DNA of 64,000 nucleotides from Actinophytocola gossypii (GCF_025165815.1 NZ_JAFFZE010000016.1:214047-278046); one strand, 5' to 3'; numbered from the stretch's first letter, positions 9,552 through 19,408 are shown. The notes: a model not told the origin generated them from the sequence alone. Made by a program: numbers and translations.

Positions 9552-10408
9552 TGGAGATCGGGGTCGGCCTGCCGGGCGCGATCCGCGGCGCGACCGCGGA
9601 GAACGTGCTCGAGTGGGCCAGGGAGGCCGACCGGGCCGGGTTCTCCAGCCTGGCCACGCTCGACCGGCTGGTGTACGACAACTACGACAGCCTCACCACG
9701 CTCGCGGCCGCCGCGGCGGTCACCGAGCGGGCGCGGCTGACCACGTCGATCCTGATCTCGCCGCTGTACTCGAACACCGCGCTGCTCGCCAAGCAGGCGG
9801 CCACCATCGACCGGCTGTCCGGCGGCCGGCTGGTGCTCGGCGTCGCGGCCGGCTCCCGGCCGGACGACTTCCGCGCCAGCGGGGTCGAGCTGGGCGGGCG
9901 GGGCAAGCGGCTCGAGGCCCAGGTGGCCGAGCTGCGGGCGATCTGGTCGGGTGAGCGGCGCGGGTTCGCCGGCGGCATCGGGCCGTCGGTGACCGCGCCG
10001 CCGATCCTGATGGGCGGCCACTCCCCGGCCGCCCTGTCCCGTACCGCCCGCGTGGCGGACGGCTGGATCTCCGGCGGCGGCGGGGTGGACATGTTCGCCG
10101 GCGGCCTCGCCGCGCTCCGGGCGGCCTGGCAGGAGGCGGGCCGCGAGGGCAAGCCGCGGGTGGTGTCGCTGACGTACTTCGCGCTCGGTTCCCGGGCCGA
10201 GGAGCTGGCCGACCAGTACCTGTCCGACTACTACGGCTTCGCGCCGCCGTACGCGCAGCTCGTCCTCCGCAACGCCGCGGTCGGCGAGGCGAAGCTGACC
10301 GAGACCCTCGCCCGCCTGGAGCAACTCGGCTGCGACGAGGTCCTGCTCGCCCCGTGCGGCGCTGACCTCGACCAGCTGAAGGAACTCCGCGCGGTCACCG
10401 GCAAGTAG
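9551..10408 (+). CDS. LLM-class (luciferase-like) F420-dependent oxidoreductase
   Basis: Typical LLM F420 family sequence (GVGLPG, LATLDRLVYDNYDSLT, VADGWI). Start overlaps the upstream stop (TGATG). Confidence 0.8.
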   Translation: MEIGVGLPGAIRGATAENVLEWAREADRAGFSSLATLDRLVYDNYDSLTTLAAAAAVTERARLTTSILISPLYSNTALLAKQAATIDRLSGGRLVLGVAAGSRPDDFRASGVELGGRGKRLEAQVAELRAIWSGERRGFAGGIGPSVTAPPILMGGHSPAALSRTARVADGWISGGGGVDMFAGGLAALRAAWQEAGREGKPRVVSLTYFALGSRAEELADQYLSDYYGFAPPYAQLVLRNAAVGEAKLTETLARLEQLGCDEVLLAPCGADLDQLKELRAVTGK

Positions 10409-10420
10409 CGGCACAACGGA

Positions 10421-10452
10421 AAAGGGGCCCATCGTCCGCGATGGGCCCCTTC
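10421..10452. terminator. bidirectional intrinsic-terminator-like hairpin between convergent genes
   Basis: aaGGGGCCCATCG-tccg-CGATGGGCCCCtt. A 13-bp perfect stem flanked by A-run and T residues, between the LLM stop (10408) and the ligase stop (10465). Confidence 0.6.
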
Positions 10453-10464
10453 GCCGTGCTCTGG

Positions 10465-12120
10465 TCAGGCCGCCCGGCCCTCGGCTGCGGTGAGGATCTG
10501 CTGGCGCAGCGCCTTCTTGTCCACCTTGCCGACCGGGGTCAGCGGGAAGTCGGCCAGTAGTTCCAGTCGTTCGGGGATCTTGAACTTGGCCACCCCGCGT
10601 GCGGTGAACTCCTCGCGCACCTGGGTCAGGGTGAGCGCCGCGCCGGTGTGCGGGACGACGCAGACGCAGACCGACTCGCCGTACTCCGGGTCCGGCAGGG
10701 CGATCGCGGTGGCCCGGCGGACCTGCGGCAGCGCCTCGACGACCGCCTCGATCTCCGGAGCGGAGATCTTCTCCCCGCCCCGGTTGATCAGGTCCTTCAC
10801 CCGGCCCTCGACCACGAGGTTGCCGGTCTCGTCCCAGCGCACCAGGTCGCCGCTGCGGTACCAGCCGTCCTCGGTGAACGCCCTGGCGTTGTGCTCCGGC
10901 GCGCGGAAGTAGCCGCGCGGGGTGTACGGACCACGGGTGAGCAGCTCACCCGTGCCGCCGGGGGGCACCGGCCGCCCGTCCTCGTCGACGAGCAGCACCT
11001 CGTCCGCGTCGCTGATCGGCCGGCCCTGGGTACGCACGATCGCGTCCACCGGGTCGTCCGGGCGGGTGTAGTTCAGCAGCCCCTCGGCCATGCCGTACAC
11101 CTGCTGCAGGGTCGCGCCGAGCGCGGGGCCGATCCTGGCCGCGAACGCCGGGTCCAGCACCGAGCCGCCGACCTGCACCAACCGCAGGCTGGACAGGTCG
11201 TGCCCGCCGCCCGGCGCCGCCTCCACCCACCGGTACGCGATCGCGGGCACCAGCGAGGTCACCGTGGCGCGCTCCCGCTCGATCACCGGGAACGCGACCT
11301 CCGGCTTGGGCGAGCGGAGCATCACCACCCGTCCACCGTGGATCAGGGTGGCGAGGATGCCGGGCGACCCGAGCGGGAAGTTGTGCCCGACCGGCAGGGT
11401 CACCAGGTACACCGTGTCCGGGCCGAACCCGCACACCTCGCCGCTGCACCGGGCGTTGTACTCGTAGTCGTCGTGCGTCCTGGCGATGATCTTCGGCGTG
11501 CCGGTGGTGCCGCCGGAGAGCAGGAACAGCGCCACCGAGCCGGAGTCCGGCGCGGACGCGTCCAGTCTGGACCGCAGCCGGGCCGGGTCCTGCCACCGCT
11601 CCAGCAGCGAGCGCAGGTCCACCGCCGGGTCGTCGTGCCGCTCGCCGAGGACGAGCACCTCGCACCGCTGCGGCCGGGTGGCCGCCAGGTCGAGGGCCAT
11701 CCGCTGGTGGTCGAAGCCGTGCCACTGGTCCGGCACCACGATCGCCCGGACGTCGGCCAGGTCGGCGAGGTAGCGCAGCTCGTGCTCGCGGTGGGCGAGC
11801 AGGGCCAGCACCGGCGCCACCCCGATCCGCTGGCAGGCCAGGAACAGCGCGAGGAACTCCCAGGTGTTCGGCAGCTGCACGAGGATGTTGTCGCCGTCGT
11901 GCAGGCCAAGGTCGAGCAGGTGGTCGGCCAGCGCGTCGGCGTACTCGGCCAGCTGCCGGTAGGTGATCGACACCTCGCCGTCGACGACCGCCACCCGGTC
12001 GCCGTCCCGCTCGGCCCAGGTCCACATCCAGTGGCCGAGCGGCCGGCCCCGCCAGTAGCCCTCGGCGAGGTACTTCTCGGCCAGCTCCGCCGGCCAGGGG
12101 GTCACTCCGTCCCGATGCAT
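10465..12120 (-). CDS. aryl-acid adenylating enzyme (2,3-dihydroxybenzoate/salicylate-AMP ligase family; DhbE/EntE/NcsB2-like)
   Basis: ANL superfamily motifs (LSGGTTGTPK, GEL, GDLVRW, GRVKDLINRGGEKIS), with typical aryl-acid-ligase length (551 aa) and N-terminus. Confidence 0.85.
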   Translation of the reverse strand: MHRDGVTPWPAELAEKYLAEGYWRGRPLGHWMWTWAERDGDRVAVVDGEVSITYRQLAEYADALADHLLDLGLHDGDNILVQLPNTWEFLALFLACQRIGVAPVLALLAHREHELRYLADLADVRAIVVPDQWHGFDHQRMALDLAATRPQRCEVLVLGERHDDPAVDLRSLLERWQDPARLRSRLDASAPDSGSVALFLLSGGTTGTPKIIARTHDDYEYNARCSGEVCGFGPDTVYLVTLPVGHNFPLGSPGILATLIHGGRVVMLRSPKPEVAFPVIERERATVTSLVPAIAYRWVEAAPGGGHDLSSLRLVQVGGSVLDPAFAARIGPALGATLQQVYGMAEGLLNYTRPDDPVDAIVRTQGRPISDADEVLLVDEDGRPVPPGGTGELLTRGPYTPRGYFRAPEHNARAFTEDGWYRSGDLVRWDETGNLVVEGRVKDLINRGGEKISAPEIEAVVEALPQVRRATAIALPDPEYGESVCVCVVPHTGAALTLTQVREEFTARGVAKFKIPERLELLADFPLTPVGKVDKKALRQQILTAAEGRAA

Positions 12121-12135
12121 CCGAAAGGTCCTCCC

Positions 12136-15100
12136 TCAGGCCGCCACCGCGGGCGGCAGCGGCGTCTCCGGTTCGTCGTCGCCCGGCTCGGTCGCGCTGT
12201 CCGGCGTGAGCAGCTCGGCGAGGAAGTCGCCGATGGCCTGGACCGTCGGGCGGTTCCACAGCAGCGTCGCCGGCAGGCTGACCCGGAACGTCCGCTCCAG
12301 CCGGTTGCGGATGATCTGGGTCATCACCGAGTCGAGGCCCATCTCGATCAGCGGGCGGCGCACGTCGAGCTCGTCGGCGGCGAGCTTGATCTCGCCGGCC
12401 ACCTCGCCCGCGACCTCGCGCACCAGGTACTCGCGCAGGTCGTCGCCGCGCAGCTCCGCCCACGGCGCGGCGGTGCCACCCGGTGCGGCGGCCGGCTCCT
12501 CGGCGGTCAGCTCGCCGAGCAGCGCCGGCCGGGTCATGCCGGGCAGCAGCGGGATCGTGCGCAGCACGGCGACGTGCGCGACGTCGTGCCGGGCCGCGTA
12601 CTCCCAGGAGCGGAACGCCTCGGCAGCGGTGATGTCGGCAGTGCCCCGCGCGGACAGCTCAGCGTCGATGGCCGCCGACGAGGTCGACATGCCCAGGCCG
12701 CGCCAGGACGTCCAGCCGAGGCTGATCGTGTCGGTCCGGCCGCCCGCGCGGCGGTGCGTGGCGAGGCCGTCGAGCACCGCGTTGCCGGCCGCGTAGCTGG
12801 TCTGGCCGGGCAGGCCGAGCAGCAGACCGGCGGAGGAGAACAGGGCAAGGAAGTCCAGGCTCCCCGGCGGGAACAGCTCGTGCAGCACCAGCGCGCCGGC
12901 GACCTTGGGCCGCATCACCGTGACCAGCGACGCCTCGTCGACGTCGGCGGCCATCCGGTTGTCCAGCACACCGGCGGCGTGCACGACCCCGCGGATCGGC
13001 GGCAGACCCAGCTCGTTCGCGGACAGCAGCCGCGCGGCCTGCGCGCGGTCGGCGATGTCCAGCGCCACCACCCGCACGGTCACCCCGGCCGCTTCCAGCG
13101 CCCGCACCGCCTCGATCTGGCTCGCCAGGTTCGGGTCGGTGACGGTGTTCCACGACGACCGGGGCGGCAGCCCTCGGCGGCCGGCGAGCACCAGCCTGCG
13201 GGCGCCGCGGCCGGCGAGCCATTGCGCCACCTCCAGGCCGAGCACGCCGAGGCCACCGGTGATCAGGTAGGTGCCGTCCGGCCGGCAGGACACGCCCGGC
13301 CGGTCGGCGCCACCGTCCACCGGGGACAGCCGGGCGACCTCGATGTCGGTGCCCCGCACGGTGATCACGTCGTCGGCCGGGCGGGCGGCGAGCACCTGCC
13401 GGAGCATGCCGACCGAGCCGAGCGGGTCGGCGCCGTCCAGGTCGACGATGCCGCCCCACAGCCCGGGGTGCTCACCGCCGAGCACCCGCCCGACGCCCCA
13501 CAGCGCGGCGTCGCCGACACCGGCCAGCTCGGTGGCCTCCCGCACGCCGCGGGTCACGCACCACACCGCGGGCTGGGTGTCCCAGGTGGACAGCCGCTGC
13601 ACGGTCCTGGTGAGCAGCCAGGTCGCGGCGAGCGAGGAGTCCCAGGCGTCCTCGGTGCGTCGCGGCAGGACCACGACCGCGGTGGCCGCGGTGACCTCCG
13701 CTCCGTCCAGTTCGGACGGTTCGGTGACCGCCCGACACGGCACGCCGGCCTCGGCGAACGAGGCGCCCAGCTCGCCGCCGAACCCGGTGTCGCCGACGAA
13801 CACGACCTGGTCCAGCTCGTGGGTCCGCTTCGGCAGCTCCAGGGCACGCCAGACGACCTCGTGGACCAGCCGCCGCGGGCTCGCCGGGGCGCCGATGTCG
13901 CCGTCCAGCACGCCGTAGCGCAGGCCGGTGAGGCTGGCGACCACGGAGCCGTCCGGCGCGGCGACCCGCACGTCGACGGTGTCGGTCGAGCCGGGCTGCA
14001 CCCGCACGCTGAGCACCGCCTCCTCCGGCGGGCGGCCGCCGACGACCACCTGCCGGATGTGCGCCGGCATCCGCAGCGTGGCCGGCCCGTCGAACACCAC
14101 CGACGCGGCGGACAGCGCGGCGTCCAGGATCGACGCCCAGGTACGCGGCAACGTGCCGTTCGGGTCGGCGACGACCCGGACGAACAGCTCGCCCGGCCCG
14201 CGCCGGATCCGGTTGATCCGCCACGGGAAGCCCATCGCGGCCACGCCGATCGAGGCGAGCCGGTCCACCACGTAGTCGGGGTCGAGCCGCTCAACGCACC
14301 GGTTGCGCAGCTCCTCCAGCGCGAGCGTGCCGCCCCCGCCGAGGTCGGCCACCGCCGGCACCACCGCGGTGGTGTGCGTCTGCCAGCCGCTGTCCTGCTC
14401 GGCGGCCTCGCCGGGCAACCGGGACGCCAGCCGCAGCGAGCCGTCCATGTGCACGACCTGCAGCTCGCGGGGCGCGGCGACGGACACCGGGACGCGCAGC
14501 GACACGTCGGTCAGCACGTGCCCGCCGGACGCGGCGAGGAACGTGTTCAGCAGCACCGCGGCCGGAATGATCTCGGTGCCCTGCACCGGGTGGTCGCCGG
14601 GGTAGGGCCGGCTGCCGTGGTCCAGCCTGGTCTGCCACAACCGCACGGTCGAGGTCCCGTTCACGGTGAGCGGCGAGCCGAGCAGGGTGTGGCTGTCCTC
14701 GTCGTGCAGTCGCGTGTGGACACCGGCGGCGGGCACCTCGACCCGGAACTCCCGGTGCTGCCAGGCGATCCCCGGCAGCGGCGCCAGCCGCCCGCCGGGG
14801 AACGCGGCCGACCAGTCGACCGGGACGCCGGTGCAGTGCAGGGTGCCGAGGTTGTCCACCAGCGTGGTGCGCTCCGGCCGGTTGCGCCGCAGCGTGTGCG
14901 CGACCACGGCGTCGCCGATCCCCTCGGCGGCGAGCACCTCGTTGATCGAGTACGACACCACCGGGTGCGGGGACACCTCGACGAACGCCCGGTACCCGTC
15001 GGCGAGCGCGGCGCCGACCGCGCCGGCGAACCGGACCGGGTTGCGCAGGTTGCCCGCCCAGTACGAGCCGTCCCGGGGCGCGTCGTCGCGCGGGTCGACC

Positions 15101-17412
15101 AGCGACGTCGAGTACACCGGCAGCGCGGGCTCGCGGACGGTCAGGTCGTGCGCGGCCTCGGCCAGCTCGCCGACCAGGGGGTCCATGTGGTGGCTGTGGA
15201 ACGCGACGTCGGAGTTGACCCGCTGGACGTGCAGCTCCGGGTCGGCGGTCCACTGCTTGACCACCACGTCCAGCACCGCGGTGTCGCCGGCGATCACGGT
15301 CGAGCTCGGCGCCGCGGAGATCGCGGCGACCACGCCGTCGTGCCCGGTCAGGCGGCGCTGTGCCTCCTCGAACGGCAGGTTGACCATGGCCATGCCGCCG
15401 TTGCCGGCGACCCGACGCAGCAGCGCCGAGCGGCGGCAGATGAGCCGGGCGCCGTCGGCGAGGTCGAGGATCCCGGCGACGACCGCGGCCGCGATCTCAC
15501 CGACCGAGTGCCCGATCACCGCGGCCGGCCGGATGCCGTGCTCGTACCAGACCTCGGCCAGCGCCACCTGCATCGCGAAGATCATCATCTGGATGACGTC
15601 GGTGTGCAGCAGGTCGCCCTCGAGCAGCGCGCGGCGCGGCGAGATCCCGGCCTCGTCGAGGAAGACCGGCTCCAGCTCGTCGAGCACCCGCCCGAACGCC
15701 GGCTCGGTGGCCAGCAGCTCCCGGCCCATGCCGATCCACTGCGAGCCGTGCCCGGAGAACACCCACACCGGGCCCTTCGCGGCGCCCTCGAGCGGCTGGC
15801 CCGAGGTGATCCCGTCACCCGGCTCGTCCACCCCCACCTGCCGCAGGCGTGCGATCAGCTCGTCCTGCCCGGTCGCGGTGATCGCGGTGCGGTACGCGAG
15901 GTGGCTGCGCCGGCGGGTGAGCGTGTAGGCAACATCGGCCAGCTCGGCGTCCGCGGCCCGCAGCCCGTCGCCGCCGAGCCACTGCGCCAGCCGGACCGCG
16001 TACTCGCGCACGGCCTCCGGCGAGTTCCCGGACAGCGGGTAGACGCGCTGCGCGGTGCCCTTGTCCAGCGCGGTGACCGGCTGGTCGAGCCGGGGCGCCT
16101 GCTCCAGCACGAGGTGCGCGATCGTGCCGCCGTAGCCGTAGCCGGACACCCCGGCCCGGCGCGCGCCCGCGGTGCTCGGCCACGGGGTGACCTCGGTGAC
16201 CACCCGCAGGCCGGTCTCGGGCCAGGGGATGTCCGGGTTCGGCGTGTCGAAGTTGAGGCTCGGCGGGATGGCCGCGTGCTCGATCGCGAGCACCGCCTTG
16301 ATCACCCCGGCGATTCCGGACGCGGCCTCGAGGTGCCCGATGTTGGTCTTGACCGAGCCGATCAGGCACGGCCGGTCCACCGGACGGCCCGCGCCGTAGA
16401 CCGCGGCCAGCGCGGCGGCCTCGATCGGGTCGCCGGCCCGGGTGCCGGTGCCGTGCGCCTCCACGTAGTCGACCGACTCGGGGGCGACCCCGGCGCGCAC
16501 GCAGGCCTCGCGCAGCATCTCGGTCTGCGCCTCGCCGCTCGGGGCCATGATCCCGTTCGTCCGGCCGTCCTGGTTCACCGCGCTGCCCCGGATGACCGCG
16601 AGCACCCGGTCGCCGTCCCGGCGGGCGTCGGAGAGTCGTTTGAGGACGACGATCCCGCAGCCCTCGCCCCGGCCGTACCCGTTGGCGGAGGCGTCGAAGG
16701 ACTTGGAGCGGCCGTCCGGGGCGAGCGCGCCGGCGGTGTCCATCACCATCGTGAGGCCCGGGGCGACCATCAGCATGATCCCGCCGGCGATCGCCACCGG
16801 GGTCTCGCCCTGGCGCAGGCTCTGGCAGGCCAGGTGCAGCGCCACCAGGGAGGACGAGCACGCGGTGTCCACGACCATGCTCGGCCCGTGCAGGTCGAGC
16901 ACGTAGGACACCCGGTTGGCGACCGCGCACATGGACGACCCGATGCCGGTCCAGGCCTCGATCCTGGGCAGGTCCTCGAGGAGCTTGCGGCCGTGGTCGT
17001 CGGTGTTGACGCCGACGAACACACCGGCGTTGGTGCCGGCGAGGTCGCCCGGCACGATCCCGGCGTGCTCCAGGGCCTCCCAGGTGACCTCCAGGGTCAT
17101 CCGCTGCTGCGGGTCCATCAGGGTGGCCTCGCGCGGGGACACCCCGAAGAAGGCGGCGTCGAACTCGTCCACGTTGGACACGAAGCCGCCCTGTTTGGAC
17201 ACCTTCCGCACCGCGGCCGCGTTCTCCGGCGCGGCCTCGTAGTGTTCCCACCGGTCCGGTGGTACCTCGCCGATCGCGTCGAAGCCGTCCACGAGCGCGT
17301 TCCAGAACGCCTCGGGTGAGTTGATGTCGCCGGGCAGCCGACAGCCCATACCGACGATCGCCACCGGCTCCGGAGCGTCGGGCTGTCGGTCGGCTTCGTT
17401 CGAAGTCACCAT
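12136..17412 (-). CDS. iterative type I polyketide synthase, KS-AT-DH-KR-ACP, no TE (6-MSAS / naphthoate-synthase architecture)
   Basis: KS active site DTACSSSL plus HGTGT. AT GHSVGE. DH HPVQGTEIIP. KR Rossmann GTYLITGGLGVLG. ACP GLDSV. Start set at the internal ATG (MVTSNEADR), which is preceded by GGAGGA; about 1758 aa. Confidence 0.9.
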   Translation of the reverse strand: MVTSNEADRQPDAPEPVAIVGMGCRLPGDINSPEAFWNALVDGFDAIGEVPPDRWEHYEAAPENAAAVRKVSKQGGFVSNVDEFDAAFFGVSPREATLMDPQQRMTLEVTWEALEHAGIVPGDLAGTNAGVFVGVNTDDHGRKLLEDLPRIEAWTGIGSSMCAVANRVSYVLDLHGPSMVVDTACSSSLVALHLACQSLRQGETPVAIAGGIMLMVAPGLTMVMDTAGALAPDGRSKSFDASANGYGRGEGCGIVVLKRLSDARRDGDRVLAVIRGSAVNQDGRTNGIMAPSGEAQTEMLREACVRAGVAPESVDYVEAHGTGTRAGDPIEAAALAAVYGAGRPVDRPCLIGSVKTNIGHLEAASGIAGVIKAVLAIEHAAIPPSLNFDTPNPDIPWPETGLRVVTEVTPWPSTAGARRAGVSGYGYGGTIAHLVLEQAPRLDQPVTALDKGTAQRVYPLSGNSPEAVREYAVRLAQWLGGDGLRAADAELADVAYTLTRRRSHLAYRTAITATGQDELIARLRQVGVDEPGDGITSGQPLEGAAKGPVWVFSGHGSQWIGMGRELLATEPAFGRVLDELEPVFLDEAGISPRRALLEGDLLHTDVIQMMIFAMQVALAEVWYEHGIRPAAVIGHSVGEIAAAVVAGILDLADGARLICRRSALLRRVAGNGGMAMVNLPFEEAQRRLTGHDGVVAAISAAPSSTVIAGDTAVLDVVVKQWTADPELHVQRVNSDVAFHSHHMDPLVGELAEAAHDLTVREPALPVYSTSLVDPRDDAPRDGSYWAGNLRNPVRFAGAVGAALADGYRAFVEVSPHPVVSYSINEVLAAEGIGDAVVAHTLRRNRPERTTLVDNLGTLHCTGVPVDWSAAFPGGRLAPLPGIAWQHREFRVEVPAAGVHTRLHDEDSHTLLGSPLTVNGTSTVRLWQTRLDHGSRPYPGDHPVQGTEIIPAAVLLNTFLAASGGHVLTDVSLRVPVSVAAPRELQVVHMDGSLRLASRLPGEAAEQDSGWQTHTTAVVPAVADLGGGGTLALEELRNRCVERLDPDYVVDRLASIGVAAMGFPWRINRIRRGPGELFVRVVADPNGTLPRTWASILDAALSAASVVFDGPATLRMPAHIRQVVVGGRPPEEAVLSVRVQPGSTDTVDVRVAAPDGSVVASLTGLRYGVLDGDIGAPASPRRLVHEVVWRALELPKRTHELDQVVFVGDTGFGGELGASFAEAGVPCRAVTEPSELDGAEVTAATAVVVLPRRTEDAWDSSLAATWLLTRTVQRLSTWDTQPAVWCVTRGVREATELAGVGDAALWGVGRVLGGEHPGLWGGIVDLDGADPLGSVGMLRQVLAARPADDVITVRGTDIEVARLSPVDGGADRPGVSCRPDGTYLITGGLGVLGLEVAQWLAGRGARRLVLAGRRGLPPRSSWNTVTDPNLASQIEAVRALEAAGVTVRVVALDIADRAQAARLLSANELGLPPIRGVVHAAGVLDNRMAADVDEASLVTVMRPKVAGALVLHELFPPGSLDFLALFSSAGLLLGLPGQTSYAAGNAVLDGLATHRRAGGRTDTISLGWTSWRGLGMSTSSAAIDAELSARGTADITAAEAFRSWEYAARHDVAHVAVLRTIPLLPGMTRPALLGELTAEEPAAAPGGTAAPWAELRGDDLREYLVREVAGEVAGEIKLAADELDVRRPLIEMGLDSVMTQIIRNRLERTFRVSLPATLLWNRPTVQAIGDFLAELLTPDSATEPGDDEPETPLPPAVAA

Positions 17413-17539
17413 GGTTGCTCTCGTCCTCCTCACCACACCAACGGCAAGTCTGCGGTGAGGGACGTCCCGAGAGCATCGGTCGGTGATCACGGACGGGCTG
17501 GGACAGTGACCCGACAGCGACCCGCGCCGAACCGGAAAG

Positions 17540-18217
17540 CTAACGCTCGCGCGCTCTCGCCGGGAGCAGGAAGCCGACCGCGACCAGCCAGAGCAGCGCG
17601 GCGAACCGGCCGACGGGAATGAGCGTCGTCGCCGGCTCGGTGACGAAGGTGAGGCTGGACGCCAACGACAGCCCGGCGATCACCAGACCGGCGGCGGACA
17701 GCCAGCCGGGCAGCAGCGCGGCCCGCCGGGCGACCAGGCTGACCGCGCCCACGAGCAGCGCGCCGGCGGCGACGTGCGCGAACCCGCCGAGACCGAAGTA
17801 CAGGTAGTGCATGGCCCGCCGGACGGCCGGCTCCTCGGTCACGCCCGGGTGCGCGAGGACCCACTGCACCAGGCCGTTCAGCGCGAGGAACGCCGCCGCG
17901 ACCAGGCCACCGGCGGCGGCGACCGCCGTGTGCGCGGGGAGCCCCGGCGCGAGCGAGCGCAGCCGGACGACCAGCGTCGCGGTGAGCACGGCGAGGGCGA
18001 GCCCGGTGCCGAACTGGAGGAAGCCCACCCAGGACACCAGCGTCGGGTGCCCGGCGTAGAACGCGGCGATGCCGGCGTCGTCGCCGAACGGGTTGGTGTA
18101 GACCGCGCCGGCGAACACCAGGCCGGCGAGCAGGCTCACGACGAACAGGCCCGCGGTGACCAGTGCCGGGACGGCGACCGACGCACCGCTGGTGGAACGG
18201 GAAACCGTTGTGGTCAT
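17540..18217 (-). CDS. integral membrane protein (DUF4386-like), 6 predicted TM helices
   Basis: Hydrophobic ORF. Start set at the internal ATG (MTTTVSRS). Confidence 0.55.
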   Translation of the reverse strand: MTTTVSRSTSGASVAVPALVTAGLFVVSLLAGLVFAGAVYTNPFGDDAGIAAFYAGHPTLVSWVGFLQFGTGLALAVLTATLVVRLRSLAPGLPAHTAVAAAGGLVAAAFLALNGLVQWVLAHPGVTEEPAVRRAMHYLYFGLGGFAHVAAGALLVGAVSLVARRAALLPGWLSAAGLVIAGLSLASSLTFVTEPATTLIPVGRFAALLWLVAVGFLLPARARER

Positions 18218-18308
18218 TGACAAATCGTAGAATCGGGATCGATCGGGCACGAGGGTTCCCGGCCCGCCGTCGAGTGGGTCTCGAGACGACCGGGCCTATG
18301 GTCGGGGC

Positions 18309-18698
18309 ATGACTGTTTCCGACACCATCGAGCGGTTCGCCGCCGCCGAGCGCGTTGGCGACGCGGAGGCGCTGGACGTCCTGCTGGCCGCCGACTTCCA
18401 GGGCGTCGGCCCGCTCGGGTTCGTACTCACCAAGGACCAGTGGATCGACCGCTACCGGTCGGGCGCGCTCGTGCCCAAGGCGTTCGAGCTGCGGGACACG
18501 CAGGTGCGCGAGTACGGCGACACCGCGCTGGTGCTGGCCGTGCAGCGGCAGGAGGGCAGCTACCACGGCCACGCGGCCGACGGCGAGTTCCGGGCCACGA
18601 TCGTGCTGACCCGGCGCGACGGGAGCTGGCTGATCGCGCACTGCCACCTGTCCGGGCCGCTCGGGCCGCCGCCGGGACGTCCCCCGCGGGCTCAGTAG
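18309..18698 (+). CDS. SnoaL-like / NTF2-fold protein (DUF4440-like)
   Basis: 129 aa, NTF2-like pattern (FAAAERVGDAEALDVLLAADF ... SWLIAHCHLS). Confidence 0.65.
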   Translation: MTVSDTIERFAAAERVGDAEALDVLLAADFQGVGPLGFVLTKDQWIDRYRSGALVPKAFELRDTQVREYGDTALVLAVQRQEGSYHGHAADGEFRATIVLTRRDGSWLIAHCHLSGPLGPPPGRPPRAQ

Positions 18699-19327
18699 GC
18701 GATCTCCACGGTGGACCGGAAGGTCGACGCGTCGCCGACGTGGGCGAGCAGGTGGTGCGCCACGTCGGCGCGGGAGATCGACCAGCAGCCGCGCAGCTTC
18801 CCGTTCCGCGCGGTGCGGTAGCGACCGGTGACCGGGCCGTTGGTGAGCCGGGCGGCCCGCACCAGGGTCCAGTCGACGTCGCTGGCTCGGACCCGCCGCT
18901 CCATCTCGGCCATGTCCGCGTACGGCTTGGCCAGGATCCGGTGCAGCAGGAACCGCGCCAGGAACCACTCCGCGACGTGCTTCGGCGGCGGGATCTCCAG
19001 CGACGACGTGGACACCACGAGCAGCCGCCGGGTGCCCTCGGCGCGCATCGCGTCGAGGATGTTGCCGGTGCCCTGCGAGTAGACCGTTGTGGCGTGCCGG
19101 TGCATGCCGATGCCGAGCGCGGAGACCACCGCCTCCGAGCCGGCGACCACCCGGCCGACCGCGTCCGGATCGAGCACGTCCCCGCCCACGACCGTGATCC
19201 GGTCGCCGAACTCCGCCAGCGCGCCGGGATCCCTGGCCAGCGCGGTCACCTTGTCGCCGGCCTCCAGGGCCTGCGCGATCGCCGCGCGCCCGGTCCCGCC
19301 GGTCGCACCGAACACCGCCAGCCGCAT
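18692..19327 (-). CDS. NAD(P)H-binding protein (NmrA/atypical SDR, BVR-B-like reductase)
   Basis: N-terminal MRLAVFGATGGTGRA Rossmann motif; 211 aa. Confidence 0.75.
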   Translation of the reverse strand: MRLAVFGATGGTGRAAIAQALEAGDKVTALARDPGALAEFGDRITVVGGDVLDPDAVGRVVAGSEAVVSALGIGMHRHATTVYSQGTGNILDAMRAEGTRRLLVVSTSSLEIPPPKHVAEWFLARFLLHRILAKPYADMAEMERRVRASDVDWTLVRAARLTNGPVTGRYRTARNGKLRGCWSISRADVAHHLLAHVGDASTFRSTVEIAY

Positions 19328-19408
19328 GGCTCCTCCTCGCGGGTGTGTGCCATGAAGGTCACCTTCGGGACGCTCATGGTCTCGAAGGTGACCCTCATGG
19401 CTTTCGGA

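Noticed and set aside
10648-17319. 2223-aa ORF on the plus strand antisense to the PKS gene (and similar long antisense ORFs such as 17..1228, 2614..3951, 3635..5413, 18440..20893, 21227..23326, 26545..28728, 29185..32547, 46656..48887)
   Set aside because: Arg/Gly/Pro/Ala-dominated translations, typical of stop-codon-poor alternative frames in very GC-rich DNA. Each lies opposite or overlapping a gene with clear family homology.
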